From a virus: 64,000 bases of DNA. Below the pieces are notes generated by a model, which was not told the origin of the DNA, searched no databases, and worked only from the letters and a program-made list of their open reading frames with translations. Location: the IMG/VR virus record IMGVR_UViG_3300012944_000004, one strand, 5' to 3'. Shown here one piece after another: positions 45,540 to 55,394 of this stretch. Each line of letters opens with the position of its first letter. Positions within the stretch are counted from its first letter, which is position 1. A program made the translations under genes and the position numbers.

Positions 45540-48500
45540 GCGAGCTCGCTCAATCGGTCAGCGACCTTCAAGTCGATCGGCAACATGAACTCGGCTCCGT
45601 TTGCGCAGATGATGCTCTTGGGGATGACGGAGGGCCGAGCCCACACGCGCTTGAGCAGGTCCTGCATCGGATCGACGAGGGCCAGCGGGGTTTCGAAGGC
45701 CGCCGCGTCGTGGAACTGCCCTGCGAGCAAGATGTCGTTCGACGGCAGTTGATCCGTGATCTCGAGCAGCCGCATGTTCATCTCGTCGGCGACGCCGCTC
45801 TGCGGAGGCATGTTGTAAACCTCCTCCGGCTTGGGGTGGAAGCCGAACTGCCGGCGTCGAAAGAGGTACGGGCTGATGAGGTAGCCGTGCTTCTCGACGA
45901 AGCGCACGTTGCGATCGACGTAGCTGAAGTAGACGCGGTACTTCTTGCGGAGCAAGTCGAGCAGCTTGTTGACCTCGCGGAGCGTGACCTTGAAGCCCTT
46001 GGCGAGCAGGAACTTGTGGATGGTGTCGGCGGCGGCGCCATAGACGATGCCGAACATGAAGTTCTTGGCGACGTCGCGGTACGGCTTGCCGCGACCCTTC
46101 GTATCCCCTCGGATGATCTCTTCGTACTGTGGGAAGATGGCGCAGGCATTGCCGGTGTGGACATCACCCTTGCAGGTCTCGATGAACGCCGGGTCGCCGG
46201 AGATGTACGCCGCGATGCGGGCCTCGGCCTGCGAGATGTCGAAGTAGACGAACCGCGTCCCTGGGCGAGCGACGTAGATCTCTCGGCAGCGGCTCTCGAG
46301 CAGCAACTTGCCTTGGAGTGTCTTCTCCGGCCGGGGGACTGACTGGAGTCGAGAGCTCCACCTTCCGGTAGGAGTCCCATAGACCTTCCAGTTGACCCGG
46401 ATGCGCGGTCCCAAACCGGACACCTCGGTGACGGTGAGCGCTTCGATGTACGTCGACCGGGACTTCGTGACGGCGCGGTGCTTGAGGACCAGATCGCAGA
46501 GTGTCCCTGCTTTGGTCCCGTTGTTGCGGTAGACCTCGAGCGTCCCTGAGGCCGTCGAGGGAAGGCCGGTTGGCGTCGGCATCAGCACTGGCGCGTGAAA
46601 GCGCTTGAAGAGCGCCTGTCTCACGTGTGAGTGGACGTCTGGGTTGAACTTGGAGTTCTTCACCAACTTGCGCATCATCCCCTTGAGGGCGTTGGCGCGA
46701 AATCGCATCTTCTGGCGCAGAAACTCGCGGCGCTCGACGTCGACACCGACGCCGGTGGCGATGAGACCGAGCGAGATGCGCGCGAGGCGCATGTCGTGCG
46801 CGTAGATGTCGCGGTACTTCGCGAGGTCATCCTGCATCGCGTCCCACAGGTTGATCGTCAATACCGCATCGGCCGCGTTGTACATGTAGAGCTCTTTGGG
46901 CTCCATGTGCTTGGGCGCGATGCCCTTCTCTTCGGCGCCCTTGCGTCCGAACTTGATCTTCCACGGACTCGCATCCAGATAGACGCTTACGCAGTGGTCC
47001 AGTCGCTGCGGGTAGCAGGAGCCGATGACGTGATGGGCGATGATCGTGTCGTCGATGCTGTCATCGTCGATGACGACGCCATCTTTTCGTAGGGCCAGGA
47101 TGTCGAAGTTGACGCCGTTGTGAAAGACCGCCCGGCGCTTCTTGAGCGCGGCGGTGAGGATGTCCGCATGGATGGTCGGGTCCCATGGACCGATGACGAG
47201 CGTGCGTTCGCCGTCGGAGATGCCAACGCAGAGCACATTGAGAATCAATGGGTCAACACCATCGCTCTCGATGTCGATCGCGACCGTCGACTTGAACTTG
47301 GCGAGGAAGCGCCGAACGTTCTCCGGCTTGGCGTAGACCTTGTACGGTGTGCGCTTGTCGACGAGCGTCGCCTCGGTGAGCTCTCCGCGCAGGACCCGCC
47401 CGAAGCGACGGACGTCTGCCTGGATGACCGGCTTCCAGACGTCGGCACGCAGGACGAACGCAGGGTGGACCGTCGGCAACACAACACGCCCAGCGAGCTT
47501 CGACCGACCCTCGATGGTTTGCGCCTTGCGCACCAGATCGGGGTGCTTGACCTTTGCGCTCTTGCGAAGCGCCGCGTTGACCGTCGATTCGTCGATCTCG
47601 GGGGCCTTCCAGTAGAAGCCCCGGGCGAGAAAGAGCCTCGCCATGCCGAGCACCGGCTTCATGGCGAGCTTGCCGAGCGTCATGATGGGGATGTCGGCCG
47701 GCAGCTCGGCGAGCTCTCGGAGGAGCCGTGGGGAGCAGCACTCGGCCGCCCGCTGCTTCTCCTTGTCGGTGTCGCCGCGGCAGAGCGAGACGTTGGCGAT
47801 GTGGCCCTGCCGGCGATCGATGCGGGCCTCTTGCAGGAGCCGGTTGAGGAACTGGCCGGTCGGACCGCAATTGTGAACGATCAGACCGTTGGCGATGAAT
47901 GTGCCTGAAGTCGTGGTGATGTCGATGACCCTACGTTCGCCGACGAAGGTCTTTGACAACACCTTGTCTACAGGAAGCTTGCGCGTAGAGATACGCCCTA
48001 CAACTTTTTTGAAGTCTTCAAGTAGGCGAACAGGACGAAGACGCCCCAAGGCGCACATCGATGCAAGTGTGCCTCCAGCGAACTTGGCATGCATCGAAAC
48101 GTTGATGGAGAGCAAAGATCGGTGCTTCTCATTAGCTCTCAGCGCAAAGCCTAAGCGTTTTGCAACGACAAGTGCATGATCGAAGGTCGGACCAGCGTTT
48201 TGCACGAAACCGATCTCACCGGCTCGTCTAACTCGAAGTGACTTCGATCCCGCGACAAACCCTTCGCCATCCATAAAACCCGCAAGCCATCCAGCATCAC
48301 GTGAGACATCTGAGCTCCACGGCACCCCTATGGAGGCGACACTCGATCCCCTTTTCGACGTGCACATCAGTTGGTCTACGCGCAACCAGCGTCGCTTTGT
48401 CCTAGAACCGAGGCGGTTCAACTTGTAAGCCGCCAAGACCCGATGGTCTTCTGTAGCCACCAACGTCATGCCAGAAGCAAACTTCAACTTCCAAGCTGGC

Positions 48501-49288
48501 CGTACGTGCTCATACTTGGCTGTCACACGCGCTAGCTCAAACTTTCGTGCAAGACGCTTGGACACCCCAGCGCCATTTGGCGCCTCTTCATTGACTGAGA
48601 TGATCTCATCGCCAACTTGAACTTTATCGAGTGTCTTCCATGTCAGATTGGACATGAGCACCAACGTGCTAGGTCCAAGGCAAAATGGGACACCTTGAGC
48701 GTCCTCGACACGCCCAGGGCCCTCGCCGACGATGATGAACTTGGGGTCGGTGACGCGAGACGCCGGCACCATCAGGGGCGCCAGCTTGCCCTTGGAGAGC
48801 GGGCAGATGTCGCAGAGAGCGCCGAGGGCCTTGGCGTCCTTGGTGGTCATCCGGCCCGGCGGCGGTGGCCGTTGGCGGAGAGCAGTGCCGCTAGCGAACG
48901 GGTTGGCCAGACCTCCCTGGATGACCTTCAGAGCCACCTTCTCACGCACGACGACCTCGACGCGCACGTTCGCGGATCGGGCTTTGGCCATCATGTCCGC
49001 TGTGCCGGCGCCTCCAGGGAAGGCCACGACGAGCGCTGGCTGCTCGGCCGAAAGCATCAGCTGGTTGCGCCGCGGCCCTGCTGCGGGACCGTACTTGGTC
49101 CACTGCGCCACGTAGACCTTGTGCGGGATGTTCCGGGCGCGGGCCCAGGTCGCGGCCATCTGATCGGCACCCTTGGCGCCGCCGAAGACCATGAAGGTAA
49201 TGGGCGTCTTGGTGTTGAGGAGGTCGAGGGCGCGGTTGAGCCACGCCGAGTCGGTGAAGTCGCGACCTCCACAAACGAGAACTTTCAT
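45536..49288 (-). CDS. polA: Family A DNA polymerase fused to N-terminal YspA/SLOG and family-4 UDG domains; intein in the UDG
   Basis: Start MKVLVCGGRD at 49288 (ATGA overlap); UDG motifs IVGEGPG, HPAFVLR; exo DIESDG; PolA motifs FDISQAEARI, RDVAKNFMFGIVYG, QFHDA. Confidence 0.9.
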   Translation of the reverse strand: MKVLVCGGRDFTDSAWLNRALDLLNTKTPITFMVFGGAKGADQMAATWARARNIPHKVYVAQWTKYGPAAGPRRNQLMLSAEQPALVVAFPGGAGTADMMAKARSANVRVEVVVREKVALKVIQGGLANPFASGTALRQRPPPPGRMTTKDAKALGALCDICPLSKGKLAPLMVPASRVTDPKFIIVGEGPGRVEDAQGVPFCLGPSTLVLMSNLTWKTLDKVQVGDEIISVNEEAPNGAGVSKRLARKFELARVTAKYEHVRPAWKLKFASGMTLVATEDHRVLAAYKLNRLGSRTKRRWLRVDQLMCTSKRGSSVASIGVPWSSDVSRDAGWLAGFMDGEGFVAGSKSLRVRRAGEIGFVQNAGPTFDHALVVAKRLGFALRANEKHRSLLSINVSMHAKFAGGTLASMCALGRLRPVRLLEDFKKVVGRISTRKLPVDKVLSKTFVGERRVIDITTTSGTFIANGLIVHNCGPTGQFLNRLLQEARIDRRQGHIANVSLCRGDTDKEKQRAAECCSPRLLRELAELPADIPIMTLGKLAMKPVLGMARLFLARGFYWKAPEIDESTVNAALRKSAKVKHPDLVRKAQTIEGRSKLAGRVVLPTVHPAFVLRADVWKPVIQADVRRFGRVLRGELTEATLVDKRTPYKVYAKPENVRRFLAKFKSTVAIDIESDGVDPLILNVLCVGISDGERTLVIGPWDPTIHADILTAALKKRRAVFHNGVNFDILALRKDGVVIDDDSIDDTIIAHHVIGSCYPQRLDHCVSVYLDASPWKIKFGRKGAEEKGIAPKHMEPKELYMYNAADAVLTINLWDAMQDDLAKYRDIYAHDMRLARISLGLIATGVGVDVERREFLRQKMRFRANALKGMMRKLVKNSKFNPDVHSHVRQALFKRFHAPVLMPTPTGLPSTASGTLEVYRNNGTKAGTLCDLVLKHRAVTKSRSTYIEALTVTEVSGLGPRIRVNWKVYGTPTGRWSSRLQSVPRPEKTLQGKLLLESRCREIYVARPGTRFVYFDISQAEARIAAYISGDPAFIETCKGDVHTGNACAIFPQYEEIIRGDTKGRGKPYRDVAKNFMFGIVYGAAADTIHKFLLAKGFKVTLREVNKLLDLLRKKYRVYFSYVDRNVRFVEKHGYLISPYLFRRRQFGFHPKPEEVYNMPPQSGVADEMNMRLLEITDQLPSNDILLAGQFHDAAAFETPLALVDPMQDLLKRVWARPSVIPKSIICANGAEFMLPIDLKVADRLSELA
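47870..48682 (-). mobile_element. Intein (271 aa) with LAGLIDADG-type endonuclease, inserted in the UDG domain
   Basis: Starts CLGPSTLV after VPF; block B LVATEDHRVL; WLAGFMDGEG; ends TFIANGLIVHN followed by +1 Cys; visibly lower GC than flanks. Confidence 0.92.
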
Positions 49289-50742
49289 GCGCTGCGCCGC
49301 TTGTTCTTCGCGATGCGCGTGGCGCGCGGCTTCTCTGTCGGCCAGCGTCGCTGCTTGGCCTTGGGTTTCTTCTCGTTGCCCGGCATCTCGACGACCTTGC
49401 CTTGCTCGCCAGTCCAGATGCGTGGGACCCAACGGCGAGCTGCACAGTCGTCGAGGAACTTCTCGCCCGCCGCGCGCCAAGCCTCGCCCTTGCGCCGCAC
49501 GAGCTCACGCAGAAGCGAAACGCGGTAGCCCTTGAGGACCAGGAGCTCGCACTCGTTGATCGTCAGTGGGACGCCTTCGCGCATAGCGACGAAGCCGATG
49601 GCAGCGGTCGCAGCGTGAAGCCAGGCGATGGAGACATCCTTGTCGACGCACTGGCCGGGGCGGTAGTTGGCGAGGACGTCGCGCTGGAGACGTCTTGGGA
49701 CAGCCGACCAGTGGGGTCTACACATCAATAGCTCGGGCGGCACCGGGACAGTGCAGCAACGAGCATGGCAGGTGCGCACTTTCATGGCCGATGCATGAAG
49801 AAGAACGTCGTGTTGATGCCGTGGACATCCCCTTTGGATGCCACCGCGAATGCATTCTGCGCGAACGCGGCGGCACACCTTTGCGAGCAGACATGTAGAT
49901 CATCGTTGGTTTCGGCCTGCTTCTTCCCGCCTGGTGTGTAGTAGGTCGAGATGGAGCCGGACATCCAACCGTCAGGCGCGAACGGCACATTGACTGCTTC
50001 GGCACCGCACGTGTTGCACTTGAAGTTGAAGTACATCGTTTTCATGAGTGTCTCCTGTACCGCATCCACCCGATGGCTCCGAGCGCCGCTAATCCACCCG
50101 CGCTGAAGAGAAGAATCTTCTGCCACACAGTCATCATTCTGAGGCGGTACGTGCCGCGCCACTGTGCAGCTCGTGCCTCAGCGCGCGTGTGAATGTCAGC
50201 CAGCACGTAGGCCTTATCGAGATCCGTAGGGATGTTCAACTTGGACCACCGACGTGCTGCGATAGCGTTCATGTCATGTTGCGATGCAAGCCATGCGACG
50301 CGGTAGCCGACCTTGGAGACAGCGCGGTTGTGAACGTTCATGCGCATGTAGAGGTTCATGCTTCCCTCTCGATTGCCTCGACCATCGCGATGAGGATGCT
50401 CTGTACGGTCATCAGCTGACCGCTGTGCTCGAGACGAAAGCGGTCGATGATCTTCATCGCTTCGCGTTTGGCATCGCGCCGACCCAAGGCGTAGCTTTGC
50501 TGCAACTTCTCTGGTTCGCCGTCACGTGCCTCATCGACTTCGACGATCAACCCAGAGATCCGTTCGTGTTGTTGCTGCTCTCGACGGAGCGCCGCGCCAA
50601 GCTGCGCAGAGCGCTCCTCAAGCGCCGTCGCGTTCAATGCATGTGCAACGCGGCGTGCGTAGCCTTCGTCCGGAAGCTCGACGCGCTCGAGGTCACGACA
50701 GATGACATTTCGCGCTTCGTTGTCTATGAACCAGTGGCTCAT
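49285..50742 (-). other. Four small genes (49285-49785 Cys-rich, 49782-50045 Zn finger, 50042-50359, 50356-50742)
   Basis: Coupled ATGA overlaps. Confidence 0.6.
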
Positions 50743-50757
50743 TGCGGGTCTCCAACT

Positions 50758-52080
50758 TCAAGTCAGAAGCGTTAGCCGTTCACTCGCGCGTGTGACGAGC
50801 GTGTAGAGCCAGCGTCGATACTCGCTGTCGCCCGGGTTGGCTGGTCGGTCAAGAACACCGATCGCGTGCTTCAAGGAGCTTCCCTGGAACTTGTGAACCG
50901 TGGCGCAGTAGCCGAAGTCGAAGAGCAGCCCCGCCTCGCTCATGCGCTTGAGACCAGGGACCATCCGCTGGAGCTCTTCGACGTTGGCGAAGGTCTTCTC
51001 GCGATTGAACTGGTAGCCGCACAGCTCGAAGTCGCCATGGACCTCTTCGTATGGGAAGCTAAGTTCAACATCGAGCTTGTAGCCAAGTTGGTCGCCGTCG
51101 CGCTGTAAGACTCCGCGCATGCCGTTGGAGATCTCGGCATCATTGTTGTTGCGCAAGCACATGAGCGCCTCACCTCCCTTGGGGGCACCGACGTAGCTGA
51201 GCGCCTTACGGATGATGCGATTGGTTGTGATGCGCGTCTTGTTGGTCCAACAGAGAGCCCCGACGTCGAGGATGCGCTCTGAAGGCACACCGCTATCGAT
51301 GCCGCGAAGAGCCAGTCGAAAGGCATCTCCAAGCTGCGCACGGGTACCGAACTTGATCTTCGCTTCGAGCGCTGTGCTTCCGAGACTTCGATCGAGCCGC
51401 CCCGTCTCCCGAATCACCTTCGACAGCTGGATGATCGGGTTGCCCTCCGCCTGCCGATGGATCTTCTCGAGGCGAATGTCCGGGTCCTTCATGAGTGACC
51501 CCACGTCCTTGACGGGGCTCAATTGGCCATGATCGCCGACGGCCAGGATGGGGACTCCATGGCGCCGGATGTCAGCGAGCATCGTGTCGCCCACCATGCT
51601 CGCCTCGTCGACCACGATGAGGCCGTAGCGGCGATCGAGAGTCTGGCGGGTTCGCCAGCCTAGGAGCTCATCGGTGTTCTCGTTGATCATCGGCGCATAG
51701 AGAAGGCGATGGAGCGTTCCGCAAAACGCCATGCGCTCCTCACCTTCGTTGAGGAAAAACTTGGCGAACTTGCCTTCGAGTGCGCGCGGGTTGCTCGCCT
51801 TGAGGCGGTTGGCGGTGACGACGCCCTGGTCGGTCAGCTTTCGACTGAGAATGGTGCTAGCCCGACCAGTGAAGGTGGCGTAGGCCACCAGAATACCTTC
51901 ATCTTCAAGTTCTTTAGCGAGCACGCCGAGGACGGTAGTCTTTCCACATCCAGCGTAGCCGGCTAGCTTGAGGATCTCACCTGGAACACCTTCGCGCCAC
52001 GTGTCGCATCGGTCACGAACCCAGGTGCGGATGGTCTCGCAGGCGCGTGCCTGATCAGGGGAGAGCGAGAGGAGGGTCAC
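50758..52080 (-). CDS. SF1B RecD/Dda-like helicase
   Basis: LSPDQ, GYAGCGKTT, IVVDEASMV, VGDHGQLSPV, IHRQAEG, YCATVHKFQGS, YTLVTRA; GTG start at 52080. Confidence 0.92.
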   Translation of the reverse strand: MTLLSLSPDQARACETIRTWVRDRCDTWREGVPGEILKLAGYAGCGKTTVLGVLAKELEDEGILVAYATFTGRASTILSRKLTDQGVVTANRLKASNPRALEGKFAKFFLNEGEERMAFCGTLHRLLYAPMINENTDELLGWRTRQTLDRRYGLIVVDEASMVGDTMLADIRRHGVPILAVGDHGQLSPVKDVGSLMKDPDIRLEKIHRQAEGNPIIQLSKVIRETGRLDRSLGSTALEAKIKFGTRAQLGDAFRLALRGIDSGVPSERILDVGALCWTNKTRITTNRIIRKALSYVGAPKGGEALMCLRNNNDAEISNGMRGVLQRDGDQLGYKLDVELSFPYEEVHGDFELCGYQFNREKTFANVEELQRMVPGLKRMSEAGLLFDFGYCATVHKFQGSSLKHAIGVLDRPANPGDSEYRRWLYTLVTRASERLTLLT

Positions 52081-52313
52081 GATACGACTTGCCAGTCCTC
52101 GGCAAGAAGGTCCGTCTGCGAGCAAAGCCATGGCACGTGCTCGCCTTGCGCGGTGACCATCATGATGAACGGCGAGAAGACAGCGAACTTGCCGATCATG
52201 GCGCCTCCCTCGCGCCGCTCGACGCGATAGAGGAACATGCCCTTGCCGTTCCACCCAACGCGCTCCACGTGCATACCGTGCTTCAGTGCCTCTACGGCTC
52301 CACCGATGTTCAT
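52077..52313 (-). CDS. DUF2829 / Tad2-like putative immune-signal sponge
   Basis: M..G.A.EALK.G..V.R.GWNGKGMF...W..SQTDLLAEDW. Confidence 0.8.
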   Translation of the reverse strand: MNIGGAVEALKHGMHVERVGWNGKGMFLYRVERREGGAMIGKFAVFSPFIMMVTAQGEHVPWLCSQTDLLAEDWQVVS

Positions 52314-52328
52314 GTTGAAGTTTCTCCG

Positions 52329-52435
52329 AGGATCGCCGACGAGTCGAACGTCGGTCCCTGCAATGCGCGCAGGTCACCCGAGCTGCCTGACACGCTGGCA
52401 GCCAATCCCATAAGCCCTCGGAGGGCTAGCAACCC
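52329..52435 (-). ncRNA. Second tRNA-like fold (107 nt) in a hairpin-rich leader
   Basis: Acceptor GGGUUGC/GCGAUCC with G3-U70; U8A9; GCCC/GGGC D stem; T arm CGACG-UUCGACU-CGUCG; two extra hairpins in place of a canonical anticodon arm. Confidence 0.4.
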
Positions 52436-52550
52436 CTTTACAGACCACCAGCTGGAGCGGCTGGTCCCGACGGTCTGCCACGGCGCCGAGGACGCCGATT
52501 CCCTGCGACACCCGTAATGCCCTACGGGCCTCGCGAGGGAAGCGTCTACA

Positions 52551-53224
52551 TCAGCGTCGGCCGCCCGCGGCCTTTTTGCCGTTTGCAGCAGGTTTCGTAG
52601 CGGCCGGCTTCGCAGCCGCCGGCTTGGCGGCAGGGACTGCCCGCACGGGAGGCGTAGCCGCAGCTGCGGTCTCTTCCTCCTCTTCCTCTTCCTCCTGCTC
52701 TTCCTCCTCTTCCTCCTCGCCCGCGCCGGCTTCGACGACGGGCGGGAGCGCGGAGCCGGTGGAGCCGGGGGCCTTGTAGAGCACCTTGACGCGCACGATC
52801 TCCTCGTTGGTCTCCTTGTTGACCTGCGTCTCGTGCACGGTCCAGATGTCGGCCTGCTGGCCGTCGATCGCCGCGATGAAGTCGGCGAAGTCGTCGGACG
52901 ATGCGATGTGCTTGGGGATGACCGAGAGCGGGATGCCAAGCTTGGTGCAGAAGCCCTTGAGGCGCACCTTGCTCATGCGCGCCGCCTGCACGCGCGTGTC
53001 GGGGAAGAAGGTCAGGAAGTCGGACACGCGCGAGCCGACAAAGCCCTCGTTCTCGTCGTCGTAGGCGGAGTCGAGCTCCCAGTCGACGACGATCATCGGC
53101 AGCGAGTCCTTGCTCGTCTTCGCCGCCTTCGCCGTCGCGGTCGCACGCCAGGCGCCCGGGGGAGCGTCGGGCGGGATGTTCTCCGCATCGTAGTCGATCG
53201 GGGCATAGGAAATTACGTCCACCA
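52551..53224 (-). CDS. Putative single-stranded DNA-binding protein
   Basis: Start MVDVISY at 53224; OB-like N-terminus; poly-Glu tract; located in the recombination cluster. Confidence 0.55.
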
Positions 53225-53791
53225 TTAGAGACTCCTTTGTCTTCGAAGCACGTAGTACCCAACACTCGCCGAGCTCAGTCCGAATGACCGAGCGACAGCT
53301 GCTTTTGGCATGCCGATGGCTACAAGAGCCTTCAACACGACAATGTTGTCCAGTGAGATGCGACGCTTGCAGCGTGCCCAACGATCGCGACTATTGTCGA
53401 GCGTTGTACCCGCGTAGACATGTACCGAGTTCACACACGCCTTGTTGTCGCAATGATGACAGATCTTCAATCCCTCAGGGATGGGGCCGACGTAGAGGAT
53501 GTAGCTCACTCGATGCGCAAGTGACTCCAACTCGTATCGAAAACGACCGTAGCCGTGAGCGATTTGTCCCATCCACACCCAACAACGTCCAAGTTCAGGA
53601 CAGTGCGATGGGATCGGCCCATTCTTGTCGACTTTCTCTTCGAAGCGTTGACGCATTGGCGTCATGCGCTTTTTCAAGATGGTGCGAACGGCACACAGCT
53701 GCGAACAGTACACGCGTCGCGCAAAGCGAGCCTGGGACTCGAACTTCCTCTGCGGCGGTACGGGCGCACCGCATGTGACGCATGCCTTCAT
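53225..53791 (-). CDS. Free-standing HNH endonuclease
   Basis: CWVW.G...GYG...AHRVSY...GPIP.GL..CHHCDNKACVN..H...GT..DN. Confidence 0.9.
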   Translation of the reverse strand: MKACVTCGAPVPPQRKFESQARFARRVYCSQLCAVRTILKKRMTPMRQRFEEKVDKNGPIPSHCPELGRCWVWMGQIAHGYGRFRYELESLAHRVSYILYVGPIPEGLKICHHCDNKACVNSVHVYAGTTLDNSRDRWARCKRRISLDNIVVLKALVAIGMPKAAVARSFGLSSASVGYYVLRRQRSL

Positions 53792-54222
53792 TTTTGATTT
53801 TCTTGTTCAACTTGACATGTCGCGCACGGCATATGCGAGTGCGGCAACGCTAGACCGTGGATTGCATCCACACGGGGGATGTGTCCGAGGATGGACGTGT
53901 ACTCGATGTGGACCTTCAACTCGGCTCCCTTGAGACAGTCAGCGACCATGCCCGTGCTGGCGCCGAGGTCGAGGTAGCAGAGCGCGATCGAGCAAGTCTC
54001 GAGGAACGCGTACGCGGCGTTCATGCTGAACATGCGCTCCTTCGGGTCGTTGTCGTTGAGCACCTGCGGGTAGAGGAGGTGCCCGGCGAAGGGCGCGTAG
54101 CCTCGCGCAAATGCGTCATGCATGCACTTCTTCGCGTACTGGATGTTGCGTACGACATCACCGGAGAGCGGCGAGATGATGAAGGCCCGCTTGAATTCGA
54201 CCGCGCGTCCTAGGCCGATCAT
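53788..54222 (-). CDS. Nucleoside 2-deoxyribosyltransferase-like (DUF4406/DUF7768-like) protein
   Basis: FIISPLSGD...NIQYA, GYAPFAGHLLY, D.G.S.GM. Confidence 0.6.
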   Translation of the reverse strand: MIGLGRAVEFKRAFIISPLSGDVVRNIQYAKKCMHDAFARGYAPFAGHLLYPQVLNDNDPKERMFSMNAAYAFLETCSIALCYLDLGASTGMVADCLKGAELKVHIEYTSILGHIPRVDAIHGLALPHSHMPCATCQVEQENQK

Positions 54223-54410
54223 CGCGAAGCCTCGAGCGCTGCCCGTAGGACATCGCGGATGACTGTGAGGTGCATGATCGCTGGGCCTGTATCGGCGGGG
54301 CCCATGCGCATCGCGTTGTGGACAATGTCCGCCTCGACGAACTTCAAGGCGGCCTCGATGTCACGCCGAGGGCGTGGGGTGCCCGTGACGTCTTTCATCT
54401 CGACGCTCAT
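54219..54410 (-). CDS. Small hypothetical protein
   Basis: MSVEMKD start coupled by ATGA. Confidence 0.5.
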   Translation of the reverse strand: MSVEMKDVTGTPRPRRDIEAALKFVEADIVHNAMRMGPADTGPAIMHLTVIRDVLRAALEASR

Positions 54411-55324
54411 CGCGCCACCGGCTTCGGCAGTCCAGAGGTGAGCGACCTTGGCGCTAGGCCAGCGCGGCGCTCGGCGCGCTTCTTCTCCGCCAACTTCAAA
54501 AAGTTGCTGATGTCCGCCACGATGGTCTGATTGCCGCTGAGCGACCGACAACCTGGGCCGAACACACCATCGAGCCCCGTGACGAAGAAACGCTGCTCCT
54601 GACCAGGGCCAGTGACCTGCTTCTCCATGAAGATTACGTCGTCGAAGAGCGTGCCTGCCTCGGCGCGGAAGGCGCCATAGAGCATCGGCACGATTCCAGG
54701 GCCAGCCTTGGCGGTCTTCTTGACCGCCTTGCCGTTTTCGTCCTTCGCATCGTCTTCGTCGCTAGAGCCCCCCGCATCGAGGTAGTGCGAGATGACCACG
54801 ACGTGGCACTTCAAGTTCAAGAGGCGCTTGACGTTTGCGCGCATCGTCTTCCGGTAAAGAGGCGAGGCCTTGCGGCCATCCTCCTTGCCGTTGCTGGTGA
54901 GCGTTGCCTTGAAGGCTTCAGCTTCGACGATGGGCGAGAAGCCGCTCATCGTGTCCCAGACGACTGTCTGGACTTCCTTGTTCTTGACTAGTTGCCTCGC
55001 AAGCTCCAGGGCTTGGTTCATCTCCTCCGAGGACTTGACGTACGTGTGAAGGAACTCGTTGTTGAAGTCGAGCGCGGGTTCCAGCGAATTGGGTTGGTCG
55101 GTGTTGATGACAAAGACTGGCTGCGGGGAGGTGGCGACCACCGCGGTCGTTTTGCCGATCTTTTGGAAGCCCAGCAGTAGGATGCGCAGGTAGTTGCTCC
55201 CTGCCATCTCACTGGCCTTCATGACCACCAACCGCGCCGGTTGCGCGATGACTGGTTTCGGTTTCACTGCAACCGCAGGCGATGCGGACGCAGGACGTTG
55301 CGGCGTTTCTATCGCCATGAGCAT
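54407..55324 (-). CDS. AAA_24 / Sak4-like phage ATPase
   Basis: Walker A GFQKIGKTT; Walker B VVWDT; HVVVISH. Confidence 0.8.
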   Translation of the reverse strand: MLMAIETPQRPASASPAVAVKPKPVIAQPARLVVMKASEMAGSNYLRILLLGFQKIGKTTAVVATSPQPVFVINTDQPNSLEPALDFNNEFLHTYVKSSEEMNQALELARQLVKNKEVQTVVWDTMSGFSPIVEAEAFKATLTSNGKEDGRKASPLYRKTMRANVKRLLNLKCHVVVISHYLDAGGSSDEDDAKDENGKAVKKTAKAGPGIVPMLYGAFRAEAGTLFDDVIFMEKQVTGPGQEQRFFVTGLDGVFGPGCRSLSGNQTIVADISNFLKLAEKKRAERRAGLAPRSLTSGLPKPVAR

Positions 55325-55394
55325 GTGTCTCCTTTTTGAACTTCAACTTCAGGGTCGGGCGCTAGACCGACATCACCGAAGTTGGGAAGGGAGA

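Noticed and set aside
49288-49480. N-terminal extensions in the ORF track (polA, RecD-like, nucleotidyltransferase, groES and others)
   Set aside because: They overlap upstream genes; downstream starts with SD or ATGA/GTGA coupling fit better.
52670-52720. Purine/pyrimidine triplet tract
   Set aside because: Poly-Glu codons of the SSB-like protein.
54407-55324. P-loop ATPase as the genome-packaging ATPase
   Set aside because: Motifs and neighbours (SSB-like, Cas4-like) fit AAA_24/Sak4 recombination ATPases; no FtsK/HerA or terminase features.
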